Shown here piece by piece: positions 31,953-41,075 of a stretch of 64,000 bases of DNA. How positions within the stretch are numbered: position 1 is the first letter of the stretch; every line of letters starts with the position of its first letter. A model generated the notes under the pieces. That model saw nothing but the letters and a program-made list of their open reading frames with translations. It made no database searches and had not been told where the DNA came from. The translations under genes and the position numbers were made by a program. The DNA comes from Planctomycetota bacterium. GTDB lineage: Bacteria; Planctomycetota; B15-G4; JADJEK01. The stretch is from contig JBGAIQ010000022.1 of NCBI GenBank assembly GCA_044225365.1, positions 1 to 64,000 of the forward strand. The letters are read 5' to 3'.

Positions 31953-32932
31953 GGTTTCTTCTCCGGTTCGATCGCTGGAGGCGAGGTCGTCGAATCCGCT
32001 TCGTCGGCCTCCTGGATCTCGCCGACGCCCGTCTCGACGATCGTGAAACCGAGGAACCGATGACGTACGGTCTCGACCTTGCGCTCGTACGAGTAGAGCG
32101 CGATCAGCCAGAGGTCGATGAAGGAGAATCGCACTTCGTCCTTGTCCGCATCGTGATCGTAGCCGAACACGATCGGGAGCGACAACGCCTGAAGGCGACG
32201 GGGCGGCGCGAAGAGATCGACGTCGACGCTCTTGCGTCCGGCCGCCCCGACGAAGTCGATTCGCACCTCAGCGCCGAACGGGAGCTCGCCGATCGTCCGG
32301 GCGAAACGCTGGGCATCGGTGACGGCGCCCCCATCGAGAGCGACGATCCGATCGCCCACCTTCATTCCGCTCGCGGCGAACGGCGATCCTTTCAGCAACT
32401 CGACGATCTCGCAGCCGAAGCCTCCGTCGTCGAGAGCGACCGTGCGTACGACGAAGCGCCCCTTCGCGCGTTCGGCGTATCGATCGGTCTTCCACGACGC
32501 GCGAGCTTCGCGCAGAGCAGGCGTCAGAGCCACGTCGTTCACACCGCCACCGCGATCGACTTCGACGATGATCTTCGAACCACCCGCCGCAACGACGACC
32601 GCATCGAACTGTTCGACCGACTGCAGTGGATGACCGTTCGCCTTCGTGATGCGATCGCCGACTCGAATGCCCGCCTCGTCCGCCGGCGATCCCGGCGAGC
32701 AGGCCGTGACTTCGAGGCCCGGCGCGAAATCGAGATCCATGAGCGATCCCGAGACCTTCGTCTCGAGGCGCAGACCGGTGAACGGTTTCTCGGGCTTCGC
32801 CTCGGCTCCGGTCGCGACATCGCTCACGGGCGGCAACAGGGAATCGGTGCCGGGAGCGATCTGCTCGAGCTTCACGCAGGCGGCAGGAAGCGCGAGTACG
32901 ACCGCGATCAGGACTGCGGGCAACTTCCTCAT
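31949..32932 (-). CDS. Lipoprotein with two PDZ domains
   Basis: Lipobox PAAC; PGSPADEAGIRVGDRI and GSPFAASGMKVGDRIVALDG. Confidence 0.85.
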   Translation of the reverse strand: MRKLPAVLIAVVLALPAACVKLEQIAPGTDSLLPPVSDVATGAEAKPEKPFTGLRLETKVSGSLMDLDFAPGLEVTACSPGSPADEAGIRVGDRITKANGHPLQSVEQFDAVVVAAGGSKIIVEVDRGGGVNDVALTPALREARASWKTDRYAERAKGRFVVRTVALDDGGFGCEIVELLKGSPFAASGMKVGDRIVALDGGAVTDAQRFARTIGELPFGAEVRIDFVGAAGRKSVDVDLFAPPRRLQALSLPIVFGYDHDADKDEVRFSFIDLWLIALYSYERKVETVRHRFLGFTIVETGVGEIQEADEADSTTSPPAIEPEKKP

Positions 32933-33774
32933 GCGGGACGGATCCTGGTGGAGAGGACAGCGAGCGCCACGAGCAGTATGCCCGAAGCCGTCGGTACCGC
33001 GCAGGACAACCACAACTCGTTCGGCGCCCAATCCACGTTGGCGTAGCCTCGCGCGATCCCGGTCAATGTCGAAAGGGTGGATCCATCGGTGAGCAAGGGC
33101 GCGTAGGACGAGAATGCGTACCGTGACGCACCAGGAAGCGCGCTCTTCAGCACATCGAGCGTGACGAACGGGACAAGCGTCATGGCCATTGCATGGCCGC
33201 TCCCCGAGCAGACGGCCGAGACCGCAACGCCGAACAGACCCGCAGCGATCATCGGCGGCAGGGCAGCGAGAGCCCCGTAGAGGACGTCTCGCGCGAGATC
33301 CGCGGAGGCGATGACCTCGACGCCTTCGATCTCGAGACCATGCAGTCCGCGCAGGAACGCCGCGAGCGCGAGCGCGCCGAGGGTGGCGACGAAGTAGGAG
33401 AACGTGATCGACACCGCGATCGCGAGCGCCTTGGCGAGAACGAGCGTGCCGCGCCGCTGCACCAGGAAGCACGTCGCGAGCATCCCGTTCTCGCGATCGC
33501 GCACGAGACTGAGCGCACCGAGGACGAGCGCGCAGAACGTCAGTACGCCTCCCGCGATCCTCAGGCCGTCGGCGAGCAGGGCGAATCCCGTGATCGGTAT
33601 CGACTCCGCGCCCGCACCTTCGGCGGCAGCCTTCAATGCCGAGGCGTCGCCGAGCGTCGCTTCGAACACCATCCGCAGGAGCGCAGCGACGAGCGGCAAC
33701 CCGAGGAGCACCCGTACGGACGTCGCGCCCCGCAGGCGGTAGAGCTCCGCCGCGAGAGCATCGAGCCACTTCAT
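32929..33774 (-). CDS. ABC-2 type transporter permease
   Basis: About 6 TM helices with DRENGMLATCFL...R...LAKA; follows the ATPase gene. Confidence 0.88.
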   Translation of the reverse strand: MKWLDALAAELYRLRGATSVRVLLGLPLVAALLRMVFEATLGDASALKAAAEGAGAESIPITGFALLADGLRIAGGVLTFCALVLGALSLVRDRENGMLATCFLVQRRGTLVLAKALAIAVSITFSYFVATLGALALAAFLRGLHGLEIEGVEVIASADLARDVLYGALAALPPMIAAGLFGVAVSAVCSGSGHAMAMTLVPFVTLDVLKSALPGASRYAFSSYAPLLTDGSTLSTLTGIARGYANVDWAPNELWLSCAVPTASGILLVALAVLSTRIRPA

Positions 33775-34760
33775 GACTTGCCTCCTTCGCGTTCGAAGGC
33801 GCGAACCCGCTCGAGGAACAGATCGTGAAGCGTTCGTCGCTCGGGCGCGAGGCATGAGACCGAACACTCGGCGCGCACGAGGCGATCGTTGAAGGCCGCG
33901 AGCGCTGCAATCGATTCATCGGAGCTCGTCGAGCTGCATCGCAGCACGACCCGCCACTCCCCGACCGACCCCGGAAGCGACTCGGTACCGATTCGTTCGT
34001 GCGACAGGACCGTCGGATCCGCGGCGATCGCAGCGCCGGCACGATCGCATGGCGATGCGACGATCCGGACAGCCGCGCCATCGGAAGCGAGCAGTTCGCG
34101 CGGTGACCCGGTTGCGATGACCGCACCGCGATGGAGGAAGACGACCTGACTCGCGAGTCGATCGAGGAACTCGAGCTGATGACTCGACACCAGGATCGCC
34201 GCGCCGCGGTCTGCCTCGGCGCGCAGTAGCGCCACGATCCGCTCGGCCGCGCCCGGATCGAGATGCGTCAAGGGTTCATCGAGGACGAGGACCTCGGGTC
34301 GGGCGAGGAGGGCTCGACCGAGCGAGAGTCGCTGCCGCTCACCGGCCGAGAGCTTTCCGGCACGACGATCGGCGAGCGCCTCCAATCCGACGCGCTCGAG
34401 AACGACCGCGAAGTCGCTCGTCGTCCGCGCGCCGATGCGGCGTCGTCCGTGGAGACGTGCGAAGTGCTGCAGCGCCTCGAGGCACGTGAGCGACGGGTCG
34501 ACTCCCCCGCCGTGGAGCTGCGCTCCCACGCGATGCCCAACCGTGGCGATCTCCCTCGAAGGTAGCCCGAGCACTTCGCTCGTTCCCGAATCCGGATCGA
34601 GCAGGCCGAGCAGGATCCGTAGCGTCGTCGTCTTCCCGGCTCCGTTGAGGCCGATCAAACCGGTGAGCGATCCCGCCTCCACCGCGAAGTCGACGCGATC
34701 GAGCGCGCGAAAGCCGCGCATCGACTTGCGGATCCCTTGCTGACGCAGAGCGATGGACAT
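33771..34760 (-). CDS. ABC transporter ATP-binding protein
   Basis: GLNGAGKTT, LSAGERQR, LDEPLTHLD, SSH. Confidence 0.93.
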   Translation of the reverse strand: MSIALRQQGIRKSMRGFRALDRVDFAVEAGSLTGLIGLNGAGKTTTLRILLGLLDPDSGTSEVLGLPSREIATVGHRVGAQLHGGGVDPSLTCLEALQHFARLHGRRRIGARTTSDFAVVLERVGLEALADRRAGKLSAGERQRLSLGRALLARPEVLVLDEPLTHLDPGAAERIVALLRAEADRGAAILVSSHQLEFLDRLASQVVFLHRGAVIATGSPRELLASDGAAVRIVASPCDRAGAAIAADPTVLSHERIGTESLPGSVGEWRVVLRCSSTSSDESIAALAAFNDRLVRAECSVSCLAPERRTLHDLFLERVRAFEREGGKS

Positions 34761-34807
34761 CGTGTTCTCGAAGAGGAAGTGCGCTGGGAGAGGACGCCTG
34801 CAACGCA

Positions 34808-34846
34808 CACGGGGCGCCCGCGACGATAGCCGCTGAGCGCCCCGTG
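34808..34846 (-). terminator. Stem-loop after the SBBP gene (possible terminator or RNA stabiliser)
   Basis: CACGGGGCGC ... GCGCCCCGTG perfect 10-bp inverted repeat; no clear U tract. Confidence 0.35.
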
Positions 34847-34866
34847 CGGAACGATGCGTTCTTCGA

Positions 34867-37434
34867 TCAGTTGCCGAAGAGCAGATGCAGGCCGTTGCTG
34901 AGAGCGACCTGGTAATGCGTCGGTGAGGCCGGATCCATCACCGCCATCTGCAGGTACACGTCGTCGTCGCAGAAGTTGGCGTTGTCGCCGACCGGCAGCG
35001 GGAGGACGAGAGTGCCCGTGCCATCCGTCATGCCGACCGCGTAGAGCCAGTTCGGGACGACGTACAGCGTGCCGTGATCGAACGGAACCGCCGTCGGCTG
35101 GACACCGATCAGGAGGAACACGGGCTGATTCGCAACCGTGTTGTCGAGTCGGAGTCCGAACGTCTGGTTCGGAACCTTCGGGAGACCGAGCGCCTGGAGG
35201 TGCGGATGACCGCCACCGCTATCGACCTCGCTCGTGCCGTACTCGGTCTGGGTGGACGTCGTCACGCACGTGCTCGGACCCGCGGGCATGAGGACCATGA
35301 AGATGTCCTCGTTGCCGTTCCACGTCTGATCGATCGAGTTCGTCGTGGTCGGGAAGTCGGTCGAGAACGTTCCGCCGGCCTCGTAGAAGGAGCCGACGGC
35401 GTGGACGTTCATCGCGAAACCGACGTCGAACCCGCTACCGCCGATGTACGTCGAGTAGTCCGCGGCGCTGCCGTCGGCCGTGAGCCGGGTGCAGATCGCG
35501 TCCTGCGCGCCGTTGTACGTCGGATCGAAGGCCGTCGAGGTCGTCGGGTAGTCGAGGGACTCCGTCCAACCCGCGAGGTACGCCTCGCCGTTGACGTCGG
35601 TGTCGATGCCGTTGATGACGTCGACTTCGATACCGCCGATGTACGTGGCGTACACCGCGGCCGTACCCGTCGAATTCAACCGCAGCACGAAACCGTCACC
35701 GTTGCCGTTGGGCGTCGTGTCGAACGCGCCCACCGTCGTCGGGAACACCGACGACAGCGTGTAGCCCGCGGCGTAGACGTCCTGACCTTCGACCGCGACG
35801 CCGCGGACGACTTCGGACGAACCACCCGTGAACGAGCTGAGCAGGAGCTGTGAACCATCGGCGCTGATCTTCGAGACGATGCCGTTCGAGTTACCGTTCG
35901 GCACCGAGGCGTAGGCGCCCGGCGACGTCGGATAATCGTTGGAGATCGACCAACCGCCGACATAGGCATTGCCCTGCGTGTCGATGTCGATCGAGTTCGC
36001 GATGTCGACGTCGATTCCGCCGATGAAGGTCGACCACGCGAGGCCCGAGCCATTCGGCAGGAACTTGGTGCAGAACACGTCGACGATGCCGTTGAAAGTG
36101 GTGTCGTACGCGCCCGGGGTGGTCGGGAAGTTCGAGGAACCCGCGAAGCCACCGACGTAGACGTTCGAGAAATCGTCGACCGCGATGCCCTGCCCGCCGA
36201 GCGAACCCTCTTCGCTCGCGCCGCCGAGGAACGATGACCACACGAGACTGTCGCCTTCCGGCGTCAGCTTCGTCACGAAGGTGTCGCCCGCGCCGTTCTC
36301 GCTCGTATCGAACGCGCCAACCGTGACCGGGAAGTTCAGCGACTTGGTGCCGCCCGTGACGTAGGCGTACCCCGCCTTGTCGACGACGACGCCGTGACCG
36401 AAGTCACCGAGCGAGCCGCCGATGTAGGTCGAGTAGTGCATCTGGCTGCCGGTCGCGTCCGTCTTGATGCAGAACACGTCGACGTCGCCGTTCTGGGTAA
36501 CGTCGAACGAACCCGCCTGCGTCGGGAAGTCGATCGACTTCGTGTCGCCAGCGATGAACAGGTTGCAGCCCTGATCGACGGAGACACCGCAGCCGTGCTC
36601 GGTGCCCGAGCCGCCGAGGTACGCGCCGTACGAGATGCCCGGGTCGACGACGAGGCCGAGGCCCGCGTCGAGGTTCGGCGCCGCGAAGCCGTAGGTCTGC
36701 GAGTCGAGCATCACGAAGTGGCTGTCGACCGGATGGCGATTGCCCTTCGCGTCGAGCTGCCAGCTCGTCGGGAACCGCTGAGTGAGTTCGCCCCACTTGG
36801 TGGTCGCGACGAGTTCGCCCTTCGCACCGAGCGAGAGACTCTCGGCGCCTTCGCAGCGAATGCGAACCTGATCGAGGCTCGCGCCGGGAGCGAGTTCGAG
36901 ATCGTACTCGAGGCTTCCCTGCTGCTCACGAACGATGAGATCGACTCCGGGATAGAGCCCCTGATAGCGGACCGCGCCGAACGACGGGACATTGGAGCGC
37001 CACGCGCCCGGGTCCTGACCGCGGAGGAAGTTGAACTTCGCCGCGTTCGGGTCTTCACCGCGCAGGACGACGTCCTTCGACGCGCCTTCGAACGCGTAAC
37101 GCAGCACCGCGCCGCGATAGTCGGACTCGCCGTCGACGCTCGCCGCCGTCTCGTCGAGTTCGAGGACGAACGTGTCGTTCGTCATGTAGACGCCGAGCCC
37201 ACCGCGCCGCGCGGCGAACTTCGCCGCGGGATCGATCTGACCCTGGTTCTCGAAGAAGAGCACCGGTAGGTGCGTGCTCTTCATCGCGGAGGTCGCGATC
37301 GGTTGCCCAATGGTATGGGCGGTATGGGCGGTATGGGCGGTTTGGGCGGTGTCCGCGCCCTTCGCAATCGGAGCGATTGCGAACGGCAGCAAGGGCGCCG
37401 CAATTAAGAATAGAACAGAGTGATTTCGGGACAT
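34867..37434 (-). CDS. Secreted SBBP beta-propeller repeat surface protein
   Basis: Signal peptide, FFENQGQ...LEYDLELAPGA...VVDP N-terminal domain, repeated YSTYIGGS..D.G.GV.VD..G.AYV.G.T.S.DFPT units, distinct C-terminal domain. Confidence 0.9.
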   Translation of the reverse strand: MSRNHSVLFLIAAPLLPFAIAPIAKGADTAQTAHTAHTAHTIGQPIATSAMKSTHLPVLFFENQGQIDPAAKFAARRGGLGVYMTNDTFVLELDETAASVDGESDYRGAVLRYAFEGASKDVVLRGEDPNAAKFNFLRGQDPGAWRSNVPSFGAVRYQGLYPGVDLIVREQQGSLEYDLELAPGASLDQVRIRCEGAESLSLGAKGELVATTKWGELTQRFPTSWQLDAKGNRHPVDSHFVMLDSQTYGFAAPNLDAGLGLVVDPGISYGAYLGGSGTEHGCGVSVDQGCNLFIAGDTKSIDFPTQAGSFDVTQNGDVDVFCIKTDATGSQMHYSTYIGGSLGDFGHGVVVDKAGYAYVTGGTKSLNFPVTVGAFDTSENGAGDTFVTKLTPEGDSLVWSSFLGGASEEGSLGGQGIAVDDFSNVYVGGFAGSSNFPTTPGAYDTTFNGIVDVFCTKFLPNGSGLAWSTFIGGIDVDIANSIDIDTQGNAYVGGWSISNDYPTSPGAYASVPNGNSNGIVSKISADGSQLLLSSFTGGSSEVVRGVAVEGQDVYAAGYTLSSVFPTTVGAFDTTPNGNGDGFVLRLNSTGTAAVYATYIGGIEVDVINGIDTDVNGEAYLAGWTESLDYPTTSTAFDPTYNGAQDAICTRLTADGSAADYSTYIGGSGFDVGFAMNVHAVGSFYEAGGTFSTDFPTTTNSIDQTWNGNEDIFMVLMPAGPSTCVTTSTQTEYGTSEVDSGGGHPHLQALGLPKVPNQTFGLRLDNTVANQPVFLLIGVQPTAVPFDHGTLYVVPNWLYAVGMTDGTGTLVLPLPVGDNANFCDDDVYLQMAVMDPASPTHYQVALSNGLHLLFGN

Positions 37435-37629
37435 GGTAAGAAACTCTCCCTCCGCAGGCCGCTTGTCGGGTGTGACCTTCTCGATGAACGACTCGCATGA
37501 ACGAACGCCGGATTTTCGGGATACCGGCTTGGGCGGGTGCCCAGGATAACACAGGTCTCAGGGTTCGACGAGGGGAAGTTGGGCGAACCTCGGCAGCCCA
37601 AAACCCCCCGACACGTTGGGATCATCCGG

Positions 37630-38703
37630 TCAGGGGAACGCCCGATCGCTGGATCCGGGACACGCTGAAAACGTCTCTCTTCCGCCGGACTCAACGTGAA
37701 TTCGGTGAAAAAACTCGAGGACTCGATTCTCGGCCCAATGGCGATCGAGATCGCGCCGCCCGGTCGCCCAGCGCCCCGGCCGCGCCCCCACAAATCCCAG
37801 ATGTCCACCGTGTTGTGTCAGGACGACCGTTACACGTGAGTTGGCGCGAAGCGCGGGGTCGAGAAGCGGGTCGGAGGGAACGAGCGTGTCGTCGAGCGCC
37901 GACACGATGAGGGTCGGGCGTTCGATCCCGCCGCTGAGCGGAAGGGCCGAACACCGGGCGTAGTAGTCGGCGGCGTCGACGAAACCGAAGTACGGTGCGG
38001 TAAAAAATCCGTCGAATTCTCGGACTGTGGCGACCGAATCAAGGCGCGAGAGGTCGAGGTTCGCGGGTCGGATCCGCGCTCTGCGGCGCACCTCTTCCTT
38101 CAAGCGCAGAACGAATCGCGACTGATAGATCCGATTCATTCCGCCGCGGTCGAGCGCGTCCGCGCAGTTCGCAAGATCGAGCGGCGGGGAGATCGCGGCG
38201 AAGGCGAGCACGTTGGAGGGACCCTGCCCGCCCCATTCTCCCGCAAGCTTCAGCGCCAGGTTGCCGCCGAGCGAGAATCCGACGACGTAGAGCGGGCCCG
38301 GGTCTTCAGCCCCGAGTTCCATGAGCACGGACGCGAGGTCGTTCGACATTCCCGAGTGATAGAGCGTCGGCGCATCGACCTCCGTCCCGCCCGCTCCGCG
38401 CAGGTTGACGCGCGCGGTGCGTAGCCCGAGAGAGAGGGCCTTCTCCGCCGTTCCTCGCATGTACACCGCGTCCGCGGATCCCGTGAGGCCATGCACCAGC
38501 ACGAGGGTGCCGCGCGCGGGAGTCGGCGGATCGTCGACGATGACGACGACATGCACTCCTTCGTCCACTCTCACGCGTCGCCGGACGCTTCGCACTCCGA
38601 GCAGCCGCGTTCGTCGCGGCCAGTACGCCGCCGCGATCGTCATGGCATGCGACGAACGCAGGAGTGGGTGCGGAACGAATGGACTGGGGAGATCGGGCGA
38701 CAT
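37630..38703 (-). CDS. YheT-like alpha/beta hydrolase
   Basis: VHGLTGS, LYHSG, GFSLGG, DDTLVP, GGHLGF. Confidence 0.9.
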   Translation of the reverse strand: MSPDLPSPFVPHPLLRSSHAMTIAAAYWPRRTRLLGVRSVRRRVRVDEGVHVVVIVDDPPTPARGTLVLVHGLTGSADAVYMRGTAEKALSLGLRTARVNLRGAGGTEVDAPTLYHSGMSNDLASVLMELGAEDPGPLYVVGFSLGGNLALKLAGEWGGQGPSNVLAFAAISPPLDLANCADALDRGGMNRIYQSRFVLRLKEEVRRRARIRPANLDLSRLDSVATVREFDGFFTAPYFGFVDAADYYARCSALPLSGGIERPTLIVSALDDTLVPSDPLLDPALRANSRVTVVLTQHGGHLGFVGARPGRWATGRRDLDRHWAENRVLEFFHRIHVESGGRETFSACPGSSDRAFP

Positions 38704-38802
38704 GTACCCCACGATACGGTACGGAGGAGGGAGTCGCGACGACAGGACGCGTCGTCGCGGACCATTCCCTCGGCGCGCGCGACATGCGATCATCCCCGAA
38801 CG

Positions 38803-39681
38803 ATGCTCCACTACGAAGGCACGCTCTACCGCCCCCCGTCCGAAGCCGAGAGCCTGATCCTGCAGGCGACGATCGGGTGTTCGTACAACGAATGCGCGTT
38901 CTGCGGCATGTATCGCGAGAAGCGATTCCGCGTGCGGCCGATCGAGGATCTGCGTCGCGAGATCGCCTTCGCGAAGGAAAACTACGGCACGGTGCGCAAG
39001 GTCTTCCTCGCGGACGGCGACGCGCTGGTCGCGCGGCCGACGTTCCTGCACTCCGTTCTCGCAGCATTACGGGAGGCGTTTCCATCATTGCGACGGGTCT
39101 CGTGCTACGCGTCGCCGCAAGCTCTCCTCGCACGGAGCGTCGCCGACATGGAGTCGCTCGCGAAGGCCGGACTCGGACAGTACTACCTCGGGGTCGAGAG
39201 CGGCCACGATGCGGTGCTCTCCAAGCTGACGAAGGGCGTGGACAGCGCGAAGATGATCGAAGCCGCGAGCAAGGCGACGCAGGCCGGTGTCGTGCTCTCG
39301 ACGATGATCCTGCTCGGCGCCGGTGGGCGCGCGCTCTCGCTCGATCACGCCCGGGAATCGGCGCGAGTGATCAACGCGATCGCGCCGCGGTTCGTGAGTA
39401 CGCTCGTGATGACACCGGTCGAGGGCACGCCGCTCTTCGAAGCGGCGCGCCGCGGCGAGGTCGATGAGCTCGATCCCGTCGAACTGACCCGCGAATTGCG
39501 CGAGTTCGTCGTCGGACTCGAACTCCGCGGCTCGATCTTCCGCTCGAACCACGCGAGCAACTACCTGCCCCTCGGCGGGAACCTGCCGAAGGACAAGGCC
39601 GCGATCATCGCGGCGCTCGACCACGTCCTCGCGACCCCGCACGATGCCCCCTTCCGCGACGAGTGGATGCGCGGGCTCTGA
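38803..39681 (+). CDS. Radical SAM protein
   Basis: YRPPSEA, CSYNECAFC (CxxxCxxC), FLADGDA, FRSNHASNY. Confidence 0.92.
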   Translation: MLHYEGTLYRPPSEAESLILQATIGCSYNECAFCGMYREKRFRVRPIEDLRREIAFAKENYGTVRKVFLADGDALVARPTFLHSVLAALREAFPSLRRVSCYASPQALLARSVADMESLAKAGLGQYYLGVESGHDAVLSKLTKGVDSAKMIEAASKATQAGVVLSTMILLGAGGRALSLDHARESARVINAIAPRFVSTLVMTPVEGTPLFEAARRGEVDELDPVELTRELREFVVGLELRGSIFRSNHASNYLPLGGNLPKDKAAIIAALDHVLATPHDAPFRDEWMRGL

Positions 39682-39729
39682 GTCGACAATCCGCCTTCGA
39701 AATGCTCCGCATTCGCTACTCTTTGCGCC

Positions 39730-41055
39730 ATGACGCAGGGCGGGCGAAACGACGACGAGAATCCCCACGACGCCGGGAAGAGTCCGCGCGCAGTCGGCAA
39801 GGATTGGACAGAACGCCATCTGTGGCAGATCGAACCGATCCGCGACGTGCTGGTCGCACTCGGCCTCTACTTCTTCCTCTCGCTCGGCGCGCGTCTCTCG
39901 ATCGTCACCGTTCCGTTCCTCGTCGCCCTCCTCCTCGCCTACTTGTTCGATCCCCTGCTCACGCGACTCGAGAAGGTGCGGTTCTTCTCACGCCGCTCTG
40001 CGGCGGCGGCCTTCGCGATCGGGGCGAGCGTCATCGTGGGTGGTTCGCTCGCGATCGGATTCGGATTTGGCGTGATCCAAAGCGCCCGACTCGCGACGAC
40101 GCTGACGGCGAAAGCGAGTGCCGTGCTGAAGAGCGTCGACGATCCGGAGAACGCGGAACTGCGGACCGCTCTCGGTAGCGGCGCCTGGCTCAGTATCCGC
40201 GATTCGATCGTGGATCTGCGAAGCCGTGAGAGTTCGACCGCGACGACCGCGGAAGGCGAGCCGCCCCGCGGACATCTTCGCTATCTCGGCATCGAGCGCG
40301 AGGACGTCGCCGCCGCGATCGACCGCGGCATCGCGTGGCTGCGAACGAATTCGTCGCTCGTCACCGAACAGGCGATCGCGACGGGCGCGGGCGCCGTCGG
40401 ATCCGCCGTTTCGTTCGTCGGCTCCCTCGGCTTCACCCTGTTCGGATTGTTCCTCACGGCGTTCTTCTTCTTCTTCTTCGCCACCGAATGGGACGCCGTC
40501 GTCGGCTTCGTGCGATCGCTCCTGCCCGACGACAATCGCGATCGTGCGGTCGAGATCGCGCACAAGATGGACCGGGCGATCTCGGGGTTCATTCGCGGAC
40601 GCCTGCTGATCGCTTTGTTCCTCGCCGGGTTCTACACCAGCGGGTTCACCTTCATGGGCGTTCCCGCGCCGTTGCTGATGGGCGGCGCGATCGCATTGCT
40701 CTCGCTCGTGCCCTACGCGGTGCTTTGCGGCATCCCGTTCGTGATCGTGTTCCTGTGGCTCGAGTCGCTCACCGGTTTTCGCGGCACGTGGTGGTGGATC
40801 GTCGGCGCGCCGATCGTGTGGTATCAGGTCGGTCAGATCCTCGACGACTACATCCTCACTCCCGCGATCCAGGGCAAGGCGACCGATCTCGCGACGCCGG
40901 AGATCGTGTTCGCGTCGCTCGCGGCGGGTTCGCTCTTCGGCATCTTCGGTTTGCTCGTCGCGATCCCGTCGGCCGCCTGCCTCAAGATCCTCGTGAAGGA
41001 AGTGTTCTGGCCCCGCTACCGGGCCTGGAGCCGTAGCCGCACCGCTTCGAGTTGA
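39730..41055 (+). CDS. AI-2E family transporter
   Basis: ALLLAYLFDP, FIRGRLL, LVPY, ILTPAIQG, GLLVAIP; multi-pass membrane protein. Confidence 0.9.
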   Translation: MTQGGRNDDENPHDAGKSPRAVGKDWTERHLWQIEPIRDVLVALGLYFFLSLGARLSIVTVPFLVALLLAYLFDPLLTRLEKVRFFSRRSAAAAFAIGASVIVGGSLAIGFGFGVIQSARLATTLTAKASAVLKSVDDPENAELRTALGSGAWLSIRDSIVDLRSRESSTATTAEGEPPRGHLRYLGIEREDVAAAIDRGIAWLRTNSSLVTEQAIATGAGAVGSAVSFVGSLGFTLFGLFLTAFFFFFFATEWDAVVGFVRSLLPDDNRDRAVEIAHKMDRAISGFIRGRLLIALFLAGFYTSGFTFMGVPAPLLMGGAIALLSLVPYAVLCGIPFVIVFLWLESLTGFRGTWWWIVGAPIVWYQVGQILDDYILTPAIQGKATDLATPEIVFASLAAGSLFGIFGLLVAIPSAACLKILVKEVFWPRYRAWSRSRTASS

Positions 41056-41075
41056 ACGAGATCGGAACGAGTCCC

